DNA from: Candidatus Multivoradales bacterium
Lineage (GTDB): Bacteria; Acidobacteriota; Thermoanaerobaculia; Multivoradales; J023
DNA length: 64,000 bases
NCBI GenBank assembly: GCA_965248925.1
Contig: CBDFLE010000006.1
Coordinates: forward strand, 704,001-768,000
Reading direction: 5' to 3'
Shown: in pieces, positions 47,569 through 55,808 of the stretch
Layout of the letters: every line of letters begins with the position of its first letter
How positions within the stretch are numbered: position 1 is the stretch's first letter
The notes under the pieces: model-generated
What the model saw: only the letters and a program-made list of their open reading frames with translations
What the model was told of the DNA's origin: nothing
The model's database searches: none
Position numbers and translations under genes: made by a program

Positions 47569-48909
47569 TCAGGCGGCGGCTTCGGAATCAGTGGTCACGA
47601 GCTTGTCTTCGAGCCGATCGAGGAGATCGTCGAGGTCGCCGAGCAATCCTGGAGTGGATCGCTTTCGCCGAGGCTCTTGCACCTCGCTGAGCTGTGGCAG
47701 GCCAACTCCTCGCCACAAGTCACGATCTTGCCGCAGCACCTCGAGATCCAAATCCAAACCGTGGCGGCGCAGGATCGGTTGAATCTCTTCGCGCCGCTGC
47801 CACAAGTCGCGACGGGTGGCCTGGTAGGCCCGCTGGCAGACGTCGCGACGCGACGCGAAACTGAAGATGTTGGAGAAAAAATTCTCATCATCGTCGGGAC
47901 GCGGCTCGATCAGCAGCACGTCGCAATCGGGATAACGCTCTTTGTAGGTTTCTAGACCGAGGGTCATCCGCGAGTGGATCAAAGTGCGCGCGGTCTGCGA
48001 CAACACCGCCGGCAGACCCCGGCGAATCAGCTTGCCGCGGATCTTGGGATGCTGCTCGGCCGCTCGGCTGAGGTCGACCGGCACTAGAGGATTGATGGCG
48101 AACACCAGCTTGGCGCCAGCATCGAGCGCTACTGAAGCATGCAGCGTCTTGCGCAGCACACCGTCAACGAAGTACCGCCCTTCGATCTCGACCGGCGGAT
48201 ACAGTCCCGGCAGCGCCGAACTCGCCTGTATCGCCTTCGAAATCGGCACATGGTCCCAACCCTTGGCGCCGAACGGGGCGATGGCTCCCGACTCCAAATC
48301 CGTCGCCACCACCACCAACTCACACGCCAACTGACGAAAGTCGTTCTTACGCCCTTTGAGAGCGAAGATCTTGCGTACGTATTCGCCCACCGGCGCGCTG
48401 TCGAAGATGCCGGTGGGTAGCGAACGCCCGAGAACGGTCAAGGCGTCGCGCAGCCGACGCTCGCGGCGGGTAGCGTAGCGCAGCAGGGCGCTGGCCAGCA
48501 GCCAAGGGGCACTGGCCAGCCGCCGCACCACTTCTTGGGTAGCCGGCTTGAAGAAGGTTTCGGGAGTGAAGGGGTGTTCGCCAGGCTCGGGCTTGACGAT
48601 CGCCCGACACATCTGCGCCGTACTCAGCCCGTTGGCCAGGCAAGAGGTGTGGAAGGCGCCGGCACTGATGCCGACATAGACCCCGAAGTCGGTGAGCGAA
48701 GCACCGACCAACGCTTCGTCCAAGGCGCGCAGAGCGCCAATTTCGTAAATCGCCCCCTCGGGCGCACCGCCGGCCAGGGCCAAACCGAGGTGGGGATGGG
48801 CCGCTGGCCGCTGCCCTTGACCGCTGCCGACAATCGACTCGCCAGGGACCGCGGTCAAGGCTTCGACACCTCGGGGACGGTTCCGCTCCTGTGCCTCTTT
48901 CTCCCGCAC
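47569..48909 (-). CDS. Patatin-like phospholipase/esterase, PHA-cluster associated
   Basis: LALAGGAPEG, GISAG nucleophile elbow, ASSALP, VDGV. Confidence 0.88.
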   Translation of the reverse strand: MREKEAQERNRPRGVEALTAVPGESIVGSGQGQRPAAHPHLGLALAGGAPEGAIYEIGALRALDEALVGASLTDFGVYVGISAGAFHTSCLANGLSTAQMCRAIVKPEPGEHPFTPETFFKPATQEVVRRLASAPWLLASALLRYATRRERRLRDALTVLGRSLPTGIFDSAPVGEYVRKIFALKGRKNDFRQLACELVVVATDLESGAIAPFGAKGWDHVPISKAIQASSALPGLYPPVEIEGRYFVDGVLRKTLHASVALDAGAKLVFAINPLVPVDLSRAAEQHPKIRGKLIRRGLPAVLSQTARTLIHSRMTLGLETYKERYPDCDVLLIEPRPDDDENFFSNIFSFASRRDVCQRAYQATRRDLWQRREEIQPILRRHGLDLDLEVLRQDRDLWRGVGLPQLSEVQEPRRKRSTPGLLGDLDDLLDRLEDKLVTTDSEAAA

Positions 48910-49022
48910 TTTCTCTTACCCTCCGGCTACCCTCTCACCAGATACATGGGGACGGATCGATGCCTCGGCGAGGTTCGCTCGCACCGCCGAGGGGTGATCT
49001 GAGGATCACAGTCGCAAGGTCG

Positions 49023-49400
49023 CTACTTCTTGTTGGCGCTCTCGACCACCCGAGTCAGCTCCTCGACCCGCTGGGTCAAAGTGGCGATCTCGTCGCGACT
49101 GGGCACTCCAACCCGGTGCAAGACACGGGTGACGACGCTGTCGAGGCGATCCTCGATCTTGTCCCAGGTCTCGCCAGCTCGGTCGCGGGCTTTATCGGCC
49201 GTCTCGCCGACTTTCTCCCGCACCTCGCTGGCTTTCTCCCGGCCACCCTTCTCGAAGCCCTCTCCTTTGGCGACCAAGCTCTCGAATAGCTTGCTGCCCT
49301 CTTTTTCGATAGTCGACACCGCACCGAGGCCTGCTAACCAGACTTTCTGCGCCGAGTCTTTGAGCTCGTTTTGAAGTTTCTTGGCATTCTCATTCATCAC
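49023..49400 (-). CDS. Phasin family (PhaI/PhaF-like) granule protein
   Basis: VWLAGLGA..EGSKLFESLVAKGE..VLHRVGVPSRDEI. Confidence 0.88.
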   Translation of the reverse strand: MMNENAKKLQNELKDSAQKVWLAGLGAVSTIEKEGSKLFESLVAKGEGFEKGGREKASEVREKVGETADKARDRAGETWDKIEDRLDSVVTRVLHRVGVPSRDEIATLTQRVEELTRVVESANKK

Positions 49401-49440
49401 AAATCTCCTTCGCCGACTGGCCGGCGAATCAAAGGTGTTC

Positions 49441-49941
49441 TCAGGCGGATAGCGCGTCGACCTTCTCGGTCAGCTTCTCGATACGCGAAATCAACTGTCG
49501 TACTTCCTTGCGCGACGGCACTCCGAGGCGGCCAAGGGCGCTGGTGAATCCTCTGCCGAAGCGGCTCTCCACTTTGTCGCCGAAACCGCGAGCTTGCTCG
49601 CCGGCCCGCCGCAGGGGCGCGGTCAAAGTCTTGCGTTCTTGCCGCTCGAAACTCTCGCCAGCCTGCACCAAGTCGCTGAACACCTGGCGGCGACGCTGAC
49701 CGACGGCGGCCACCGTGCCGAGTCCAGCCAGCCATAGGTTGCGGCCGGTCTGACGCACTTCGCGCCCCAAATCGCGGATTTGATCGGCGGCTTGGGTGGT
49801 CAATTCGCTGGTCTGACGCTGACTCGCCGCTATCTTCTTGACCGGCGCCTTCCTGGCTGGCGTTTTCTTGACCGGCCCGACGGCTTGCTTGGTCTTGGCT
49901 GCGCTGGTAGTGCTCTTACTAGTCTTTGTGCTGTTGCTCAT
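49441..49941 (-). CDS. Phasin family protein with a Lys/Ala-rich N-terminal tail
   Basis: LWLAGLG..FSDLVQAGE..LGVPSRKEV; KKTPARKAPVKK tail. Confidence 0.8.
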   Translation of the reverse strand: MSNSTKTSKSTTSAAKTKQAVGPVKKTPARKAPVKKIAASQRQTSELTTQAADQIRDLGREVRQTGRNLWLAGLGTVAAVGQRRRQVFSDLVQAGESFERQERKTLTAPLRRAGEQARGFGDKVESRFGRGFTSALGRLGVPSRKEVRQLISRIEKLTEKVDALSA

Positions 49942-50052
49942 GGATCTTACTCCTCGACGCCAGCTACGTGTCGGCCGGCGGTTGTTTGCAATCGATATCT
50001 ATCCGGCCCGAGGCCGGTTCTTGGTTTGTGCTGACCTAGATAGCGACTCGCC

Positions 50053-50481
50053 TCAGCGGTTCTCGAGGCTGCTCAGGGTCTTTTCGAGTTCGACCAAACG
50101 TGCCCCGAGGTCACTCATCTCACGCTGAATATGCTGCAGCGGGTTGAGCCGGTCGAGCGAAGCGCCCAGCACCCGATCTACTCTTCCTTGAACCCGCTCG
50201 ACACCACTCGCCAATGCGCGCTCGCTGGTCTGCAGCGCGCTGCGCCCGGCGCGCACCAACTCATGCAGCAACTCGCTCGGCAGGGCGCTTCCTTGCTTGC
50301 CACGGTCGAGAATGATCTGGGTCAGCACCTGGGAAGTGACGTCGGCACCGCTCGTGTTGTCCACCACCCGAATATCCTGGCCGCCGCGCACCCATTGGCG
50401 GATCTCGTCCATGGACACGTAGCAGCTCTCTTCTGTGTCGTAGAGCTTACGACTGCCGTAACGCTTGATGACTCTCTTCAT
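50053..50481 (-). CDS. phaR: PHA synthesis regulator, DNA-binding protein
   Basis: RVIKRYGSRKLYDTEESCYVSM..VVDNTSGADVTSQVLTQII. Confidence 0.88.
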   Translation of the reverse strand: MKRVIKRYGSRKLYDTEESCYVSMDEIRQWVRGGQDIRVVDNTSGADVTSQVLTQIILDRGKQGSALPSELLHELVRAGRSALQTSERALASGVERVQGRVDRVLGASLDRLNPLQHIQREMSDLGARLVELEKTLSSLENR

Positions 50482-50546
50482 GGATGACTCTCTTCATGGA
50501 TGACTCTCTTCATGGATGACTCTCTTCATGGATGACTCTCTTCATG
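50467..50546. repeat. Perfect 16-bp tandem repeat x5 (GATGACTCTCTTCATG) spanning the phaR start
   Basis: Units start at 50467, 50483, 50499, 50515 and 50531. Confidence 0.97.
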
Positions 50547-50739
50547 GGTTTTCCTTGCCGCGTCGATTATGCCGCCCTGCGGCAACAAAAAGAAAATACC
50601 GCAGTGCGGCAAAGCCTGTCAAGGACTTTCGCCGAGGTGCGGCAAAGGCAGCCCGTCCCAGTGGAGCAAGCGGCCAGAGGGAAAATGAAACCGACGTGAC
50701 GCGCCGCGGCATGAAATCCTGCCGCAACCCGTCACGATC

Positions 50740-51894
50740 TCAGTTGATCACCCGCCGCGCCATGTCGGCGGTGATTTGGATGCTGCGACGTCCGGTGGCA
50801 TCCGAACCGAGTCCCTCGAAGCCCCAGGGATCAAACTCGATGGGGTTGATGATCTCACTGAAAATTGGCCGCAATGCCCGCGCGCCGGTGCGGGCGTCTT
50901 TGGCCGCCGACTCGGCGATCAGCGCCACAGCCAGATCTTCGATCTCGAGATCGATGTCCATCACTGAGAAGTAGCGCTGCGAGCGGACGAAAGGCGAGTC
51001 GTAGGAATGCAGCAAGATCTCTTTTAGTACAGGAATCTCCAGATCATTGAGCAAAACCGCTTTGTCGAATCGGGCCATGAACTGGGGCACCACGCCGAAG
51101 TCGAACAGGTCCTTCGGCTTCAAGAAATCACTGAGGCTGAAGCGGGTCTCGATGCGCACCTGCCCATCGGCAGTGCGGATGGTCTCTTTGCGCAGTTTGA
51201 CTCCAGAGCCCGGCTTGGTGACCCGCTCGTAGACCTGATCGTAGAGCCCCTCGAAAGCGCCACCGCAGATGAACATCATGCGCGAGGTGTCTATCTGCAG
51301 CTTTTGGTGTTGCTCCTTGCCGTTTTCCCACACATGGGTCGGATAGGTCACCTGCTCGCCTTCCATCAGGGTCAGCAAGCCCTGCTGCAAGACGACGCCG
51401 ATCGGGTTGGACTTGCCGGCAATCACCGAGGACATCTTGTCGATCTCGTCGATACAGATCGTGGCCCGCTCGATGGCGGTCTTCAGCATCGCCGCCGAAG
51501 GCTGGTTGCCGGTGATCGCCCGAGCACGCTGTTCCACCGCTTCGAACAGGCGGTCGGGACGGAATTCCATGCGCTCGATGTCGACCAGCAGGTTGGCGTT
51601 GATGATCGTCACCGCGCGAAAGGGGTGGTACTCCGGAACCTCGTTGTAGAGCCGCTGGATGTTGTTCATGATGGTGGTCTTGCCGGTGCCCGAACTGCCG
51701 ACCATCAGCAGATTGCCCGAGACTTTGCCGGTGGTGTGCTTGTAGATCGCCACCGAGACGAAACGCAGGGATTTGTCTTGACCGAGCACCCCGCGACTGA
51801 GTTCGTCGTAGATCACCTGGGGGCGAATATCGATCAGCTCGCGCGGAGCGGCGGCGGTTGCGGGGGCGGTTGCGGGGTGAGCGGTTGCTTCCAT
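50740..51894 (-). CDS. ClpX-like AAA+ ATPase, atypical paralogue
   Basis: VLGQD, GSSGTGKT, ICIDEIDK, FICGGAFEGL, TGARALR; no N-terminal Zn finger. Confidence 0.85.
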   Translation of the reverse strand: MEATAHPATAPATAAAPRELIDIRPQVIYDELSRGVLGQDKSLRFVSVAIYKHTTGKVSGNLLMVGSSGTGKTTIMNNIQRLYNEVPEYHPFRAVTIINANLLVDIERMEFRPDRLFEAVEQRARAITGNQPSAAMLKTAIERATICIDEIDKMSSVIAGKSNPIGVVLQQGLLTLMEGEQVTYPTHVWENGKEQHQKLQIDTSRMMFICGGAFEGLYDQVYERVTKPGSGVKLRKETIRTADGQVRIETRFSLSDFLKPKDLFDFGVVPQFMARFDKAVLLNDLEIPVLKEILLHSYDSPFVRSQRYFSVMDIDLEIEDLAVALIAESAAKDARTGARALRPIFSEIINPIEFDPWGFEGLGSDATGRRSIQITADMARRVIN

Positions 51895-52081
51895 GGTTAA
51901 GACTCCGTTATCGGCACCTCCACGGCCAACCGTCGAGGTCTAGGTCCTGGATCGAACGGTTAACGTAGCATGTCCTTGAGTGCTACGGGTTCTCGACAGT
52001 GCTAGCATCGGACATTCCCGAAAGAGATTCCCCAACGGTGCTGTCGCCCAGTGTGACTAGTTCCATTTCAGTGAGGCTGCA

Positions 52082-52447
52082 ATGAGCTATCTGGCCCTCA
52101 AAGTTCTGCACATCACCGGCATCATGGCCGTCTTCTTGGCCCTTGGCACCGCTGCCGCCAGTTCTCTTAACGGCTCGACCGAAAAAAGCAGTCGAGCGGC
52201 CAAGCTAGCGGGCATGGTCCACGGTCTGGCCTTGATCCTGGTCTTGGTCTCCGGCTTTTGGCTGGTTACCAAGGTGGGGGTCGGTTTCGGCCTCTGGGTA
52301 TGGCTCAAGCTGGCCATCTGGCTAGTGCTCGGTGCGATGCTCGCTTTGGTTCGCCGAATGCCGCAATACGCCTCCCTGCTGTGGTTTACGATTCCACTAC
52401 TCGGAGCGTTGGCCGCTTTCTTGGCACTCTACAAGCCGGGTGCTTGA
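52082..52447 (+). CDS. Small 4-TM membrane protein (SirB2-like)
   Basis: MSYLALKVLHI..HG..LVSG..WVWLKL pattern. Confidence 0.7.
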   Translation: MSYLALKVLHITGIMAVFLALGTAAASSLNGSTEKSSRAAKLAGMVHGLALILVLVSGFWLVTKVGVGFGLWVWLKLAIWLVLGAMLALVRRMPQYASLLWFTIPLLGALAAFLALYKPGA

Positions 52448-52460
52448 GCTACCTGCCCGC

Positions 52461-53174
52461 ATGCCCGCGCCCAGCTTAAGACTCCGACCTAGCAGCCGAC
52501 GGCGCGGAATCGCCTGCGCGCTGCTGCTCGCCCTATTCGCAGGGCCGCTGGCCGCGGCCCAACTCGATGGCCAAATAGAGGTCGAGAACCGCACTGGTCG
52601 CCGAGCTCGACGGGGCACCGTGAAGCTCGAACAAGCGGTGGTCTGGTTTGTGCCAGACCACCATCAGAGTTCGTGGACCAGCGACCAGCTGCCCAAAGTA
52701 GAGACCCTGAGGAAGGAGTTCGTTCCCCGAATCGTGCGCGTGCCAGTCGGCGGTAAGGTGCGCTTTCCCAACCGCGACCCGATTCTCCACAATGTCTTCT
52801 CAGTCACCACCGGCAATGCCTTCGATCTAGGTCTCTATAGTGAAGGCAGCGGTCGTGAGGTCACCTTCCAGCAGCCAGGGGTGGTGCAGGTGTTTTGTAA
52901 TGTCCACCACTCCATGGTGGCCTATGTGGTGGTTCTCGACACCCCCTATTCGACCCAGCCAGCCGCTGATGGCAGCTTCAGCTTGCGCGGCTTGCCCACC
53001 GGCAAAGGTACACTGAACATCTGGCAGGAACAGACCGAACCCTGGCAGCTGCGGATCGAGATCCCCCACGCCGGCCAGCTCGCCGCCCGCTTGGCGGTCA
53101 CCAAACCCAGGGTGCCGCAGCACCTCAACAAACACGGCAAGCGGTATCAACGTAGGAGGCGAAGTGAGTACTGA
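52461..53174 (+). CDS. Exported cupredoxin-like protein
   Basis: Signal peptide; FPNRDPILHNVFS and VFCNVHHSM (His/Cys/His/Met type-1 Cu ligand set). Confidence 0.8.
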   Translation: MPAPSLRLRPSSRRRGIACALLLALFAGPLAAAQLDGQIEVENRTGRRARRGTVKLEQAVVWFVPDHHQSSWTSDQLPKVETLRKEFVPRIVRVPVGGKVRFPNRDPILHNVFSVTTGNAFDLGLYSEGSGREVTFQQPGVVQVFCNVHHSMVAYVVVLDTPYSTQPAADGSFSLRGLPTGKGTLNIWQEQTEPWQLRIEIPHAGQLAARLAVTKPRVPQHLNKHGKRYQRRRRSEY

Positions 53175-55800
53175 GGAAGCGCCACGTTCGGCGGCCGGCC
53201 TATCACTCGGCGCCCGTATTTTCTTGGCCTGTGCGATGCTGGTGGCGCTGACCGTCGCCGCCGCCGTGCTATTGACCACCATACTCGGCCAACGCATCGC
53301 CGAGCGCGAAGCGGGCAAACAGCTCACCCGCTATGGCGCGATCCAAGAACTGCTCGAAGCTCGGCGCTTCGAGAGCCTGCGGTTGCCAGCCCTGAACCTG
53401 GGGGCCGACTCGACCTTCGTCAGCTACATCGCCCAGGCACTGCAGAGCGATGACCGGCTGTCGATGTTCGACCAGCTCGAAGAGCGCACGGTGGAGATCG
53501 AAGCAGATCTGGCGATCCTCTTCGATCTCGATGGTCGGCTGCTGGCTGATACCAGCGCCAGCGGCGTCGGCGATGCTGCCGACTTCGCCGCTGATCCACT
53601 GATCGCTCAGGCCCTGGAGGAATTCGAATCGGCGGGCCTGTGGCAACATCGCGACCGGCTCTACAACGCCGTCGTGGTTCCTCTGGTGGTCGACGACTAC
53701 GTCGAAGCCTACTTGCTCACCGCCTTCATCATCGATGATCAGATCGCCGAGGAGCTGGAGCGGGTAGGCGGCGCCGCCGCCACCTACTTCATCCTTGCCG
53801 ACGGGCAACCGCGACCCACCGCCGGCACCCTTGATAGTGGCGCCGCCGAACGCCTGGCGACGGCCCTGGTGCAACAGCCGGCACTGCTCGATCCACAAGC
53901 CAGCCACCTCGACCGCCAGCTGCACACCGACTTCGCCGGTTCGCCGTGGCTCACTCAAGTGACCCCACTGCTCGACAGCGCGGGTGAGCCGCTGGGGGCG
54001 CTCACCGCTTCGGTGTCCCTCGACCAGCAGCTGGCACCCTTTCGCCGCATTCGCAACTTGCTTGGTCTGGTCGGCTTGGCGTCAATCGCCTTGGCTTCCT
54101 TGGTATCCTTTTTCTTGTCCCGGCGAGTCCTGCAACCGGTACGCCAGCTAGCGGTCGCTGCCAGATCCGCGGCCGAGGGCGACTACGATGTCGAGCTACC
54201 GGCGGGTAGCCGCGACGAAGTCGGCCAGCTGGCGGGCTCGTTCCGCCGGCTGCTCGCCGAGTTGCGCGAAAAGCGCGATATGGAAGCCTATGTCAGCGAG
54301 TTGTCGCGCCACTTGCCGCAGGAGAGCGAGCTGGCCTCTTCCGCCCAACCCGAAGCCCCGACCGAGAGCCGCGAGCTAGCGCTGCTCGGCGTCGAACTGC
54401 GGGATTTTGCCAGCACCGCTAGCGACTCCCAGGAGCCGGCGGTGAAGCTCGAGTTGCTCGCCGGCGAGCTGCGTCGGATCGCCGACGCCGTACGCCTGAG
54501 CAGTGGCCAGATCGAGAGTAGCGCTGGCCATCGCGTGTTGGCTGCCTTCGAGGGTGCCAATCGGGTGGAACGGGCACTGGCCGCCGCTTCGAAGATCATG
54601 CGCCGACCCAACAACAACCCCCGGCCGGCAATCGCAATCGACGCCGGGCTCACCGTAAGCGGCACAGTGATCTGGGGCGAGCGCCCGTCCTACGCCATCA
54701 CCGGCGATAGGGTGGAACGCTTAGAAGCCCTGCTGCGAGCGATCAAGGCGGGCGGGTTGGCCCTATCCTCCAGCGCTCACCGGGCGCTCACTAGCGCACT
54801 CCGTAAAAGCGGTGTCGAGTTGCAGCAACGCACCAGTCCGATCGCCAAACTGCCGGTATTCCTGCTCAATGCCCAGACCGCGGAGCTGGTAGCGCAGAGC
54901 GACAACCAGCAAACCCGGGTGAGGGTCACCACCAGCCAACCCCACCACGCCGTCACCTTGAGCGCCTTGCAGGTGGCTCCCGGACGGCTGCTCGGCGACC
55001 GTTTCGACATCCTCTCGACCCTCGGCACGGGAGGCATGGGAGTGGTCTACAAGGCTCGCGACCGAAAGCTCGACGAGCTGGTAGCGCTGAAGATGCTCAA
55101 GCCCGCGGCCTGGAGCGATCCAACTCAGCTCGAACGCTTGAAGAGTGAAATTAAGCTCGCCCGCCGCATTCGCCATCCGAATGTGCTCAGCACTTTTGAT
55201 TTCGGCGAGATCGACGGCGTGCCCTTCATTTCCATGGAGTACGTCCGCGGCATCACTCTACGCCAGCTAATCGACCAAGCCGGCGCCCTGCCGCTGACCG
55301 CTGGCTTGCGTCTCGCCCGCCACATCTCCCTCGGCCTCGGTGCCGCCCACCAGCAAGGAGTAGTGCATCGCGACATGAAACCCGAGAATCTGATTCTCGA
55401 GCCCAATGGCAACGCCAAGTTGATGGACTTCGGCATCGCCAAACCCCTGGGCAACGTCGATGTACGGCAGACTCAGCCCGGCAGCCTGGTAGGCACTCCG
55501 GTCTATCTGGCGCCGGAGCAAGTCGAAGGCAAGGAGGCCGACGCTCGGGCCGACATCTACGCCAGTGGCGTGGTGTTATACGAGATCTTCACCGGCCAGC
55601 TGCCCTTCGCCACCGGCGGTAGCCTGATGGAAGTGCTGCGGCGCAAACTCGACGAAGAGCCGACGCCGCCGGAAGAGGCTTGGCCTGACATCCCGCCGCT
55701 GCTGTCCGCGCTGCTGCGCCGCTGCCTGGCCCGCCAGCCCGAGAATCGCTACCGCGACGCCAACGAGCTGCTCGCCGCCCTCGATCAGTTGCGCGAGTAA
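53164..55800 (+). CDS. Membrane receptor Ser/Thr kinase: periplasmic sensor, HAMP, degenerate nucleotidyl-cyclase-like domain, kinase
   Basis: Two TM helices, HAMP (DEVGQLAGSF), cyclase-like middle domain, kinase LGTGGMG, HRDMKPEN, DFG, GTPVYLAPE. Confidence 0.88.
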   Translation: MSTEEAPRSAAGLSLGARIFLACAMLVALTVAAAVLLTTILGQRIAEREAGKQLTRYGAIQELLEARRFESLRLPALNLGADSTFVSYIAQALQSDDRLSMFDQLEERTVEIEADLAILFDLDGRLLADTSASGVGDAADFAADPLIAQALEEFESAGLWQHRDRLYNAVVVPLVVDDYVEAYLLTAFIIDDQIAEELERVGGAAATYFILADGQPRPTAGTLDSGAAERLATALVQQPALLDPQASHLDRQLHTDFAGSPWLTQVTPLLDSAGEPLGALTASVSLDQQLAPFRRIRNLLGLVGLASIALASLVSFFLSRRVLQPVRQLAVAARSAAEGDYDVELPAGSRDEVGQLAGSFRRLLAELREKRDMEAYVSELSRHLPQESELASSAQPEAPTESRELALLGVELRDFASTASDSQEPAVKLELLAGELRRIADAVRLSSGQIESSAGHRVLAAFEGANRVERALAAASKIMRRPNNNPRPAIAIDAGLTVSGTVIWGERPSYAITGDRVERLEALLRAIKAGGLALSSSAHRALTSALRKSGVELQQRTSPIAKLPVFLLNAQTAELVAQSDNQQTRVRVTTSQPHHAVTLSALQVAPGRLLGDRFDILSTLGTGGMGVVYKARDRKLDELVALKMLKPAAWSDPTQLERLKSEIKLARRIRHPNVLSTFDFGEIDGVPFISMEYVRGITLRQLIDQAGALPLTAGLRLARHISLGLGAAHQQGVVHRDMKPENLILEPNGNAKLMDFGIAKPLGNVDVRQTQPGSLVGTPVYLAPEQVEGKEADARADIYASGVVLYEIFTGQLPFATGGSLMEVLRRKLDEEPTPPEEAWPDIPPLLSALLRRCLARQPENRYRDANELLAALDQLRE

Positions 55801-55808
55801 GCGGCCGA

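Noticed and set aside
50467-50546. CRISPR or iteron array
   Set aside because: Head-to-tail 16-mers with no spacers; the unit is simply the phaR start region
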